DNA from: Eledone cirrhosa
Lineage: Eukaryota
Length of the DNA: 64,000 bases
NCBI GenBank assembly: GCA_964016885.1
Contig: OZ024755.1
Location: 36,394,001 to 36,458,000 of the forward strand
Direction: 5' to 3'
Shown: positions 36,252 through 48,319 of the stretch, one piece after another
How positions within the stretch are numbered: position 1 is the first letter of the stretch
Layout: the number at the start of each line of letters is the position of its first letter
Made by a program: the position numbers and the translations under genes
The notes under the pieces: model-generated
What the model was told of the DNA's origin: nothing
Databases searched by the model: none
Seen by the model: the letters and a program-made list of their open reading frames with translations, nothing else

Positions 36252-36343
36252 CAGAAATATGTTCTTGTTTGACTGAAGAGAATAGTAGAGCTGGACAATG
36301 AATGGACTTCGAGAGACAGCCAAGGCATTTCTTTCCATCATAA
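36252..36343 (-). CDS. MASTL: Internal coding exon (92 bp) of a Greatwall/MASTL-like Ser/Thr kinase, subdomains III-IV
   Basis: ttttcttcaccAG|TT ATG ATG GAA...TTT CTG|GTaaat; (V)MMERNALAVSRSPFIVQLYYSLQSNKNIFL closely resembles MASTL [28 protein letters not shown]; canonical AG/GT sites. Confidence 0.88.
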
Positions 36344-36645
36344 CTGGTGAAGAAAATGAACAAAAGAATAAAAAGATGTTTAAGCTTCAGTTACATACAT
36401 CAACTAAACAAAATTTGGCAGTAACCAATATTTAACTTGTAAAACATGATATTTTGGGGTGCTATGAGATCTTATACTCTCATCTAAGGTCACAAGTGTT
36501 AACCAGTGCTGCAAACTGAGATATTGGGCCAGAAATGTTGCTATAGCTGTGTTCAAAATTAAATACCAACTTGGACAGCTTTTCTCCCATGATCCAGGTC
36601 TGCTTTAACTCTTTAGTAATATTATAATAATTTTTCTTCTCTTAA

Positions 36646-37498
36646 CTCTTTAGCATTTAGATACTCTATCTATATACTACTAAAAATCTGTGATTGTTTG
36701 CTTGCTTGCTTGTCTATAATGTAATACAGCCAAAAGGGGGTATAATGGGAAAATACTTTGAAAGGAAGTTGCCCCTGAAATGGGAATACAAATGGAATAA
36801 AAGATGTTTCGTGTTCCCGAGATATGGGGGTTTTCCGGGTACCTTCATAAATAGCCAAAACAGTGCATAATGGAAAAATACTCCAAAATTAACATAACCT
36901 GCATACCTTCGTAAATAATCAAAACGGCGCATAATGGGAAAATAACTCTGAAATGGGAATACAAACGGAATAAAACAAGTTTGGCATAAATCAGACATAG
37001 ACAATATTTTCATTATTCAAAATATATTTTTAAGTAAATAGGATTTAAAAGATACATCACAAAAAATTTTTCAGTGATTTGTCAGTGAATATGATTTCGA
37101 AAATACAAGTTGTTTGTACTTTAAATATCTATATTTCAGCTTTCTTTCAACAGATATTTTAATTATTAAAAAAACATGGGTTCCCGAGATACGCGGGTTT
37201 TTCGGGTACCTTGAACTATTGGTGACCCAACGGGTCACAGGTAGTCTGGTATTTACTATTATTTTCATGGTAAAGGCTTTATCTTACATAATTATCTCAC
37301 ATAATATCAAATCTACGAGATTTTGATGTTATGGTATTGTTCTCAAAAATAAATAATATCAAAATCTCGTAGATTTGATATTATTTATTTTTGAGAACAA
37401 TACCATAACATCAGTTTGAGCAGCCGGTTACAGCCTGATTTTAACAGAAAGAGGTGAGAAAATCCTGGTCAGATACGGCCAGTTTAAATGTTAAAGCG
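36646..37498 (-). mobile_element. piggyBac-like MITE split by a Helitron and carrying an internal inverted duplication
   Basis: TTAA|CTCTTTAGCATTTA at 36642; MITE body resumes ~37250; ends taaatgttaaagcg|ttca. Confidence 0.75.
36669..37244 (+). mobile_element. Non-autonomous Helitron (~575 bp)
   Basis: A|TC 5' end, subterminal hairpin GTGACCC-AAC-GGGTCAC, 3' end GTAG|T (CTAG-like), no TSD. Confidence 0.75.
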
Positions 37499-37619
37499 TT
37501 CAAGAAACAGCCTTCATCACAGAAAGACAGAAAAATATGCATAGGGTGATATAATCAAATGTTTAGAACAGTCTTTACTGAAAAAGTACCAGACTATCAA
37601 AAGTTATATATTCAAAATA

Positions 37620-38170
37620 TGTTTTTAATTCATCATCATCATCCAATGTCTCTTTTGCATGGTTTAGAGCGGTTGTCATGTTATGTGGCTAGACAGATCA
37701 TGTGACCATGTCATGCTCATATCATCTGTTCTGGGTTTGGTTTTATAAGGCTGATGTCCTTTCTAACACCAACCACATTTCACTGTGTACTGGGAGCTTT
37801 TTGGGGGGAACCTTTATAATGTGGACTAGGTGCTTTTTGTCATGGTAGCAGTATGATCACCTTACAGAGTGGACAGTGCTTTTTGTCATAGCACTAACAC
37901 TGGCAGTGCATATGCATGTGTATATAACCCACACTGTAAAGTGATCGCATAGGAGTCACAACAAAAAGCACCCAGCACACACTGTAAATGTGGTTGGCGT
38001 TAGGAAGGGCATCCAACCATAGAAACCTAGCCAGAAACAGTCCTATATGAGTAAGACACGATCACCTGACCCAACTTGCCTCAAATGGGACAACCCATCT
38101 AACCCATGCTAGCGTGGATAATGGATGTTAAATGGTGGTAGTGGTGGTGGTGATGATGGTGATGATGATG
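37620..38170. mobile_element. Two oppositely oriented RTE 3'-UTR/tail fragments
   Basis: 37630-37900 minus and 37928-38170 plus both resemble 52600-52845. Confidence 0.7.
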
Positions 38171-38172
38171 AG

Positions 38173-38199
<27 letters not shown>

Positions 38200-38203
<4 letters not shown>

Positions 38204-38995
38204 ACCTGACAAAGACTAAGGTCCTAGTTGGTAGAAGAGAAAACAGAACCCAGATCCCCTCAGAGAAATGGCCTTGTTCAGTATTTAGGAAAGGCGTAGG
38301 TAGAAACTCCATCCTCTGCCCCATATACAAATTATGGGTATACAACAGACGTAGTGGGATCTCAGGAAGTTTAGTTTGGAATGTAGGTTTTACATGTAGC
38401 AGTTGCACTGGAACAACAAGCAGCAAACGACCGCAGGAAACAAGTGCTACCAAATTCTCAGAAGGCTCTGTAGAAACAGTAGACAGCTTCTGCTACTTAA
38501 GTGACCAAATAAGCAGCAGTGGTGGGTCTTCTGAAAGTACAGTAGCCCAAGTAAGAACAGGACGGAGGAAGTTCAGAGAGCTACTGCAACTGCTGGCTAC
38601 AAAAGGCTTCTCCCTCAAAATGAAAGGTAGACTGTATGACGTGTGCATACGAATAGCTATGTTGCATGGTAGTGAGACCTGGGCAATGTGTTCAAAAGAT
38701 TTGCATAGATTGGAAAGAAATGAAGCCTGCATGCGCTGATGGATGTGTAATAGTAATATACGAGAACAGCGAAGCATAAATGAACTGAGAGAGAGACTGA
38801 GCATAAGAGGAATCAAATGATGTGTGCAGGAGAGGAGGTTGCGTTGGTATGGACATGTGATGTGTATGAAATATGACAGCTGCGTAAAAAAGTGCAGAGC
38901 GCTCAAAATCATGGAAGCCTTGGAATGGGGAGACCTGGGACGAGGTGATAAAAGTGGACCTTGCTCAAATGCACCTCTCAAAGGCAATGACATCT
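38200..38995 (+). pseudogene. Decayed fragment of the 50081-52846 RTE family, including the PHD-like insert
   Basis: TKTKVLVGRRENRTQIPSEKWPCSV...LERNEACMR*, with stops. Confidence 0.88.
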
Positions 38996-39304
38996 TGACA
39001 AAAAAAAGATTGACAAAATAAGTAGGAAATTTTAAAATAAGTATTTGTCTCAATGTGATTAACTAAACCCCATCAAAGCAGTGCCACAATATGACCTTGG
39101 TCTTAAACAAGTAAAACAACACATTTTTGCTCTAAATTTTAAAGAGAAAACAAAAAACTCTTTGAATCTACCAAACTCCACTGGAAACTAAAGACACAAA
39201 AATTATTCAGTAACAGATGATTAGCATTTTTTTTAATGTAATTTACTTTTCTTTCAGACAGTCTAATTTCTTAAGTTGGCTAATATTCAAACGCTTCATT
39301 ACAG

Positions 39305-40930
39305 ATGAGAAGTTATCAACAGTTCACTAAGGTCTAGCATACTCAGGTGAATCAGTGAGAAGTTACCAACACTAAGGTCCAGCATACTCAGGTGAATCAG
39401 TGAGAAGTTACCAACACTAAGGTCCAGCATAGTCAGGTGAATCAGTGAGAAGTTACCAACACTAAGGTCTAGCATAGTCAGGTGAATCAGTGAGAAGTTA
39501 CCAACATTAAGGTCCAGCATACTCAGGTGTATCAGTGAGAAGTTACCAACATTAAGGTCCAGCATACTCAGGTGTATCAGTGAGAAGTTACCAACACTAA
39601 GGTCTACCATAGTCAGGTGAATCAGTGAGAAGTTACCAACACTAAGGTCCAGCATAGTCAGGTGAATCAGTGAGAAGTTACCAACATTAAGGTCCAGCAT
39701 ACTCAGGTGCATCAGTGAGAAGTTACCAACACTAAGGTCCAGCATACTCAGGTGAATCAGTGAGAAGTTACCAACACTAAGGTCTACCATAGTCAGGTGA
39801 ATCAGTGAGAAGTTACCAACACTAAGGTCCAGCATAGTCAGGTGAATCAGTGAGAAGTTACCAACATTAAGGTCCAGCATAGTCAGGTGAATCAGTGAGA
39901 AGTTACCAACATTAAGGTCCAGCATACTCAGGTGCATCAGTGAGAAGTTACCAACACTAAGGTCCAGCATACTCAGGTGCATCAGTGAGAAGTTACCAAC
40001 ACTAAGGTCCAGCATACTCAGGTGAATCAGTGAGAAGTTACCAACATTAAGGTCTACCATAGTCAGGTGAATCAGTGAGAAGTTACCAACACTAAGGTCC
40101 AGCATAGTCAGGTGAATCAGTGAGAAGTTACCAACATTAAGGTCCAGCATACTCAGGTGCATCAGTGAGAAGTTACCAACACTAAGGTCCAGCATACTCA
40201 GGTGAATCAGTGAGAAGTTACCAACACTAAGGTCTACCATAGTCAGGTGAATCAGTGAGAAGTTACCAACACTAAGGTCCAGCATAGTCAGGTGAATCAG
40301 TGAGAAGTTACCAACATTAAGGTCCAGCATAGTCAGGTGAATCAGTGAGAAGTTACCAACATTAAGGTCCAGCATACTCAGGTGCATCAGTGAGAAGTTA
40401 CCAACATTAAGGTCTACCATAGTCAGGTGAATCAGTGAGAAGTTACCAACACTAAGGTCCAGCATAGTCAGGTGAATCAGTGAGAAGTTACCAACATTAA
40501 GGTCCAGCATACTCAGGTGCATCAGTGAGAAGTTACCAACATTAAGGTCCAGCATAGTCAGGTGTATCAGTGAGAAGTTACCAACATTAAGGTCCAGCAT
40601 ACTCAGGTGCATCAGTGAGAAGTTACCAACATTAAGGTCTACCATAGTCAGGTGAATCAGTGAGAAGTTACCAACATTAAGGTCCAGCATAGTCAGGTGA
40701 ATCAGTGAGAAGTTACCAACATTAAGGTCCAGCATACTCAGGTGAATCAGTGAGAAGTTACCAACACTAAGGTCCAGCATACTCAGGTGTATCAGTGAGA
40801 AGTTACCAACATTAAGGTCCAGCATACTCAGGTGAATCAGTGAGAAGTTACCAACACTAAGGTCCAGCATACTCAGGTGTATCAGTGAGAAGTTACCAAC
40901 ATTAAGGTCCAGCATACTCAGGTGAATCAC
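39305..40930. repeat. 45-bp minisatellite, about 36 units
   Basis: agttaccaacattaaggtccagcatactcaggtgaatcagtgaga, no indels seen. Confidence 0.96.
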
Positions 40931-40989
40931 CAACATGGAGAGATTAATTTGTCGTTGCTTGTTTTTAATTATTATTATTGTTGTTTCTG

Positions 40990-41340
40990 GTTTTCTTTCT
41001 TTAAGAAAATCAAGAAAACGCGTCAGAGCAGCAATTTGAATATTATTGGCAAGACAAATGCCATATTTAGATGACTTCAAAGACATACTAACCACCATAA
41101 AGAAAAGAAACATGAAATGAAACTGTCGTATGAGAAGATCTGAAGGATTAACCAATACCATCCACCAAGGAACAGTTCAGTGGGAGAGGGGAGACAACTG
41201 AAGAAGAAATGAGTGGATAACATCAAGGAATGAACCAGTGAAGACAACCCAAGTTCTAGCTTGCAATAGAAATGAATGAAAGGAGGTAGTACACTGCTTC
41301 ACTCTGCAGCATCACTATCCCTAAGACCCTGGACGGTCAA
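40990..41340 (+). pseudogene. Old RTE 3' remnant
   Basis: DILTTIKKRNMK..RSEGLTNTIHQGTVQ..VDNIKE. Confidence 0.6.
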
Positions 41341-41957
41341 GGGGAAAGTGAAGTGAAATGAAGTGAAGACAAATGCAGGTGTAAAATAGCTTTGCATTGA
41401 TTTATGAGAATTTGGTAGAACATTTCCAGTGGAGCTGTTCAATGAAGAAGGTCTTCAAGCAACCAAAGATAGAAACATTCGGACATTAACCAATACATTG
41501 AGAATTGTGTTTTCTGCATGACTGGCAACCAATCTACAATTCTAACACGATAAGGTATATAAACAAATCTGTTACTACTATTTGTAAACTCTCTCTCAAT
41601 GCCAGATATACAAGCAACATCCATCAGAAATACAACAAATGATCATTTTAACTACAAACTACTCAGTTCAAGTCTAAAGATACTGATATCATGACTAATA
41701 CAATTTATAATATAGGCACGAATGCTTATGGTATCACCTTTTCTTCTACATTCTACTATGTTAGCTTTTTGACCTAACAAATTTAATTTCAGCTAATATT
41801 TTTTCCTGTTTTAAATAATCAATAGTAAAGAAAGAATGGAACCCATTCTGCCAGTCAAATAAAATACATAACATCTATAACAGCAGCCATAGAAAAGTCT
41901 GAAATCGTTGTCGTTTGGTTCAAAGTTTTTACGGCCATTATCCCACACAAATCTATA

Positions 41958-42330
41958 ATAATTGCTTCTACATTTGGCACAAGGCCAGCAATTATCCCAG
42001 TGCATTACTGGTACTTTATTTTATCGACCCCGTAAGAATGAAAGGCAAAGTTTACCTCAGCGAGATTTGAACTCAGAACATAAAGGGCCATAACTATGTC
42101 GCAAAGCATGGTGTCTGACACTACCAGATACTGCCAATCCATAAATCTATAATAATGGTTTCTAACTTAGACACAAGGCCTACAATTTTGGAGGAAACAG
42201 GAAAGTCAGTTGAATCCACTCTAGTATCTGACTGATATCTTATTTTATCAACCCTGGGAGGATGAAATGCAAAGTTGACCTTGGTAGGATTTGAACTCAG
42301 AATATAAAGGGTCATAACTAAGTGCCACAA
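41958..42330 (-). mobile_element. Two adjacent SINE copies
   Basis: Reverse-complement matches to the SINE core at 41958-42141 and 42155-42330. Confidence 0.8.
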
Positions 42331-42531
42331 TTTTGTCCAATGTTCTAATGAATTTTCTATGTGTGTGTGTGTGTGTGTGTGCGCGTGCGCGCATGCGGCT
42401 TTTTGGTTTATGGTTTCAGCCTCCTGAGAGCCTACACATTTGGCACCTATTTGGAATCAGAGTAACCCTGGGAATGTTTCTATATTACTTTGGTCAACCA
42501 GCCTGTGATAAAAATTCTGATTATCCTATAT

Positions 42532-42590
<59 letters not shown>

Positions 42591-42597
42591 ATATATG

Positions 42598-42900
42598 GCT
42601 CAGCGACCGTATCTGTATCAGTGAGCTGCTCAACATTACCAAACTTAGACCAGTTACATCAATTGTCAAGTCAAGAGTATTCAAACTATACGGTCATATA
42701 AAAAGATCAATTCATGGTGTGAGTAGGTTATGCCTGGAAGGAAGGTTGGCTGGTAAGAGAAGCAGAGGCCGGCAGCCAAAACTATGGCTTGACAATGTCA
42801 ACTTATGGACTGGACTTGATCTTTGAACTCTGCTGTTAGTGATCGAACGTTGTGGAGAGAGATATCACATGTTGATGTACAGTCTGCAACTGGCAGAGTT
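42598..42900 (+). pseudogene. RTE 3' remnant
   Basis: KLYGHIKR..LEGRLAGKRSRGRQPKLWLDNVNLWTGL. Confidence 0.78.
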
Positions 42901-43131
42901 TAACATCTGGATGTAATGTCAGAAGTAATAGATGAAGTAGAAAGAGAAAACTACAGAGCAGGAGTAACGACAACAGCGGGGGATGAAACAACAACAGGGA
43001 AGACAATAATGATAAAGAAAAGGTGGAAGGAAATAAAAAGATGGAAATGAATTGAAGGTTTGTCTTTGTCAGCCTGGATGAAGCAGACCTGTGATTAAAA
43101 GCTGTTTCAATTTGAAAATACCATCTTTTAA

Positions 43132-43339
43132 CCCTCTAGTATTTACATTACTCTATATATACTATTGTATTTTCACAGTAAAGTCTTTATCTCACATAAT
43201 ATAGAATCTATGAGATTTTGATATTATTTATTTTGGGAACAATACCTTAACATCAGTATGAGTGGTTGGTCATGGCTCTTTTGAACAGAAAGAGGTGAGA
43301 GAATTCTAGCCAGATATGGCTGGTTTAAATGCTAAAGGT
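43132..43339 (-). mobile_element. piggyBac-like MITE
   Basis: TTAA|CCCTCTAGTATTTA ... TAAATGCTAAAGGT|TTAA. Confidence 0.83.
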
Positions 43340-43390
43340 TTAAGGGGCATCTATGACTACAATATCTAGTTTGAACTTCCCTTTCATTAA

Positions 43391-43611
43391 CCCTTTAGCA
43401 TTTAAACTGGCCTTATCCAGGCAGAATTCCCTCACTTCTTTCAGTGTAAACCAGCCGTAACTGGCCGCTCATACTGATGTTAAGGTATTGTTCTCAAAAT
43501 AAATAATATCAAAATCTCGAAGATTTGATATTATGTGGGATAATTATGTGAAATAAAGGGTTTACTGTGAAAATACAATAGTATATATAGAGTAATGGAA
43601 ATGCTAAAGGG
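43391..43611 (+). mobile_element. piggyBac-like MITE, inverted relative to its neighbour
   Basis: TTAA|CCCTTTAGCATTTA ... AAATGCTAAAGGG|TTAA. Confidence 0.87.
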
Positions 43612-43709
43612 TTAAGTCATAAGATGTGATTTGAGGGAGCTACTGTTTCTAACAAGTGAAGTAACACAAAGAAATTACTTTTGGTTCGTAAAGAAAAAAA
43701 GAAAAGAAA

Positions 43710-43855
43710 TATGGTGGTGGTGGTAATGGGTGTTGTGGTGGTGGTATTGGTGGTGGTGGTGGTGGTGGTGGTGGTGATGCTGTTGGTGATGATGGTGGTG
43801 ATGGTGTTGGTGATGATGGTGGTGATGGTGTTGGTGATGGTGGTGATGGTGGTGG

Positions 43856-43889
<34 letters not shown>

Positions 43890-44020
43890 GGTGTTCATGA
43901 TAGCTGGTGGTCTTGATGGTGGTTGATGGCATTGGTGGTGATGACAGTGGTGGTGGTGATGACAGTGATGGTGGCGGTGATGGTAATGGTGGTGTTGGTC
44001 TTGATGGTGGTGGTGGTGGT
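43710..44020. repeat. (GGT)/(GAT) trinucleotide tract
   Basis: Direct reading. Confidence 0.9.
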
Positions 44021-44444
44021 CATAGAGGTAGTAGCAGACTATCAAACCATTTAGTTCCATTTTAATGGTGGTTAAACATGAGTAATAAATGGAAAATATA
44101 GAAGGAAACGGTGTCAGTGATGACAACTTAAAATATTTTTACATAATGGAAAATATAAATAAACTTAAATGAGAAGCAAATAAAAAAGGTAAAAATAAAA
44201 TTGCCCCCTTAAGGACAATCAAAAATCATCAATTAATTTGTCTATTAGTTGGAGGTTCAAGATAAAATAAAGAGGAAATAAGAATGGTTTTGTAATGAAA
44301 ATTAAAAAGAAATAGAAACAAAATGGAGTTTTATTGAAAAAAAAGTTGGCAGGAGACAAGATGTTTCCTTTTACTACTATTGCTAATACTAATTATACTA
44401 TTACTAATAATACTGTTACTACTACTACTACTACTACTACTATT

Positions 44445-44875
44445 AATAATAATGCTTTCTTTATTAACCACAAGGGTTTACACAAAGTATACATTAAGGA
44501 CAATACAGGACGGTACAAATGGGCATTTCTGTGTGTAAAAAAAAACAAAAAAAACAGAGGATGTAACAAAAAAAGAAACAATGAAAAATTCCCCAATAGG
44601 GGGGAGACTTCCGAGGGCCATCGTGGAGAAAGCCCATTAAAAAAAGCCACGGTGACCCTGCCCACCAGGGCAAGTGCCTTCTCCCAGTTTTCCACCTTCA
44701 ATTTACAGGTACATACTCAGAGTAGGTCCACTCACTCGGGCCATTCTTGTCTCTCTCACCCATCTTTCAACAAAAAGCTGGGAAGAGAGCACTTCCCTCT
44801 CTACCCTGATTTTCCTTTTCAAATGAAATTGGAAAAAGTTAATCAGGGCATCACCGAAGAGATAACTGCTCATCT
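44445..44875 (-). mobile_element. 5'-truncated copy of the Tx1-type LINE (3' UTR plus ORF2 end)
   Basis: Clear homology to 12115-12555; flanked by (ACT)/(AAT) and (ATT)/(ACT) repeats. Confidence 0.9.
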
Positions 44876-45383
44876 AGGCCACTATTATTATTACTACTAC
44901 TACTACTGTTGTTGTTGCTACTGCTGGTGCTGCTACTAATACCGCCGCCACCACTACTCCCACTACTACCACTACTACTACTACTATCACCATCACATTT
45001 CAGTCAGTTATAATTCTTTTTTAAAGGGATGTTTATCATCTTAAAAGGATTCCAACACTGAAGATTGTTTTACCAATAGAAGAACATTAAGTCAAGTGAC
45101 ATTGGTTTGGTTTGGGTTTGGGTTTGGTTTTGGTTTTGGTTTGTTGTTGTTGTTTGTTGTTGTTTTTAACAAATATTTTAATATTAGCATTGGCAAAATA
45201 AATCATTGAAAAGATTATTACAAGGTCTGTATATACACACACACACACACATGAACACACATACATTCATGCACACACATGCACACTCATATATACACAC
45301 GTGCACACACATACATGCACACACACACACACACATACATACACACCCACACACATACATACTGCATACGTTCATACACACTG

Positions 45384-46388
45384 CATGATGGCTGCAAACT
45401 CTGCCAAGAGTATTGCAATCGCTTGTCAGATTCAGATGTGGGATGCTCGGATATGGCTTTTCAAGCCTGCTAGAGACTTGCACTCCTTTACATACTGACG
45501 ACAACTATGGATCTCCCTGGCTTGAGGTCCTGCATCAGGTTGCCCGTGAACCCTCACAACACCATGGAGATCATAGTTCACTGGTTCTCTTTGAAAATGG
45601 CTGCGACTGTCGCTCCTGAGACCAGATTTGCTCAAGTAAATTTTTCCATACTCAGGGCACTTCAATTCAATGGAGACACTGATCGTTTCGAGAGATACAC
45701 CAGGGCATTGTTTATGCACATCCCGTTTGATCTTCTCGTGCTATATGCGTCTGTCCTCAAAATTATGAACCCCATCATTCACCATTCCACGCCAAGTTTC
45801 TCTTTCAAGAGCTTCTATCTCCTAGTCAGCCATCATCAAACCAGTTTTTTTCAACGAGTCCTTTACGCAATCCTTGAATCGGAGCCTTGGCTTGTGAGGT
45901 GGTCCCTTACCCTCACAAAGCTCGCCATACAAGAGTTGTTTTGGGACTCGATCATCATCCATTCTGCAGAGGTGTCCGGTCCATCGCAAACGCCGTTGGT
46001 GGATGATACTCTCAATGTTCCGACACTCACTTCTCTCAAGGACCTCAACATCTGCCACTTGATACCAAGCATCTTTCTGAGACACGGCTGGTGAAACCGT
46101 TCCAGTCTGTGGATATGCCATTTGTAGGCAACCCATGTCTCACATGCATACAGCAAAGCTAACAGTACACATGCAGCATACACTCTCACCTTGGTCCTCA
46201 TTGTGATTCCGCGCCTGCACCAAAGACAGTCGTTGAGCCTTCCAAATGACTCACTTGCCTTACTAACACGTAGACCAACTTCTGCATCCAGAGAGCAGGC
46301 CACACTCAGAGTACTCCCCAAATACACAAATGTGTCAGCAGCCTTCAGCTTTTGACCATATACATATATGGAGGGTTCATCGAAAGCT
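45384..46388 (-). pseudogene. RTE-type LINE 3' fragment (thumb plus C-terminus with two decayed C2H2 fingers)
   Basis: DTFVYLGSTLS..LLYACETW..RRLRWTGHLCRMDDDRVPKQLLYGEL..KECKSLAGLKSHIRASH; frameshifted. Confidence 0.87.
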
Positions 46389-46829
46389 ACATACATACAT
46401 ACATACATACTACAGACATTCATACACACTACATACATACACACACTACATACACACACTACATACACACCCACACACACTACACACACACATTGTTGTG
46501 AGGTTAAGATGTTTCTTTCATATTCGATCCCATTTCATGCCACATTCACCAAGTGTTTCCTTCCGTAGCCCAGGGCTGACCAATACCTTCTGAGTTAAAT
46601 ATATTAGACAAAAACTGTGCAAACGTTCAGCGTTGTGTGTTTGTACGTAGAATTGGGGTCATAATAAAATGCATCCAGTAGACTCCATAAAATCAGGACA
46701 TCCACAGCAGAAACCAAGCTAAATATATAAGGAAATGGTAATACTTTGACCAGTCTAGTCACAGACTATCATCACTCATTAAAAGTAGTACTACTTTTAA
46801 TGAGTTAGGACTTAGGATAACAGTAGCTA

Positions 46830-48000
46830 CCAACTTCACTAGCGTAAATTACTTAGACATAAATTTAGATCCTTTAGACCCTTCCATAAACCAAATGAAA
46901 AACTTAATTACAGACACAAGGACTCAGGCCACCCTTCTACTGTTTTTAGAAACTTTGTGAATAATATCAGTACTAGGATCTCTAACCTCTCCTCTAATAA
47001 AGCAATCTTTGACATAGCGACACCCTACTATAACACGGCGTTAGCTAACAGTGGCTTCTCGTAACCCATCACTTACTCCCCTGCTAATACCAACAGCAAT
47101 AGGAAAAGAAATCGTGCTAATAGAAAAACAATTTGGTTCTCTCCCCTCTTCTCACTCAACGTTAAAACTAATGTAGGAAAAAATGTTTAGCTCTCTTAGA
47201 TGGACACTTTCCCTTAGGTCACAAATACCGCTCCATCTTTAACGGACACAGGATACTCCTGTGCTAAGAATATGAAGGCCCACATCACCAACAACCCTAA
47301 GAGCAACACCCCACCAGCATGCTCTTGCCGAAACGAAAACCTGAAGCTTGTTCCCTTCAACAACAATGCAACACACTCACTGTAATTTACAAAGCTATGG
47401 TCACTTCTAACCGACCAAATCAACAACAAGAGGTTAAATCCGATGTAGGCATGGCAAAGGGCCGGTTTAAGGAACGCTTCCTGAACCATAAGTTGACCTT
47501 CAGATACCCAGACAAATGATCGTCCACGAAACTCGCTCACCATGTATGATCCCTCAAGGACTCAGGCATAGACTACTCCATCCAATGGAAAGCTATTTCT
47601 AAGTCCAAGCAAAGGGAAATCCGTCTTGTGGACTGTGCATTGAAGAAAGGATTTATATCCTGAGAAGATTACATAATAATGATTGCCTAAATTCAAGGAA
47701 TGAACTCGTTTTACGTTGTCCACACGTCTGGAAACACCTATTACATAATTGCAAAGCTCCAGATTGACTAACATGAACAATCTAGGATATTCTGAATAAC
47801 TTGAATAATTTATTCCAGGCATCCACAGTTATCTCCCTTACATCAATCTATCATGGATTTACCTCACCCAGGAGAAGTGGCATGCGCATTAGTGTGGTTC
47901 TTTTTCCTCTTCTGTACAACTTCATTCAGACTGAGCTGAGGATCTGAATAAGGTGAAACATTTGTTCTCGGTATGGTGAACTAACTGTTGTGGAACTACT
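46830..48000 (+). mobile_element. Decayed Penelope-like element (RT thumb, Cys linker, GIY-YIG endonuclease, pLTR-like 3' region), possibly Naiad-type
   Basis: FRPFHKPN..SGHP..RISNLSS..TIWFSPLFSLNVKTNVGK..CSC..C..QC...VIYKA..VGMAKGRFKERFLNH..CGLCIEE..LNSRNELVLRCPH; several stops and frameshifts. Confidence 0.82.
47930..47972 (+). ncRNA. Minimal type I hammerhead ribozyme motif, probably degenerate
   Basis: ACTGAG-CTGAGGA-tctgaataaggt-GAAA-CATTTG-TT-CTCGGT: stem I, CUGANGA and GAAA core, NUH site. Confidence 0.65.
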
Positions 48001-48070
48001 TCTACCAAACTGGTCCCATGGACTGAGTGCTCTACTACTACGGATATAACCCTCCAGTATTCTACTATTA

Positions 48071-48107
<37 letters not shown>

Positions 48108-48109
<2 letters not shown>

Positions 48110-48319
48110 AAGGCGGGTAAAATTCCCGAGATCCATGGACGAGTTCTCTCCAGCGGTCTCTGTCCCTCATTATCGCTGCCATGTCCTGCATCTCCAACAG
48201 ACCAGTGTCTGTCCTTAGGGCATCAACATACGTTAACCTTGGTCTTCCTCTTCTAGTGTGTCCATGTAGGGGCTCCCAAAGGAGTACTGAGTGCAATGTC
48301 AACTCTGGATGTCGGTGAG

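Noticed and set aside
43617-44126. His-rich and Thr-rich ORFs
   Set aside because: Trinucleotide repeat artefact.
47515-47552. Selenocysteine TGA codons in the Penelope-like element
   Set aside because: They fall at probable Arg (CGA) and Trp (TGG) positions in a copy with other lesions; no SECIS recognised.
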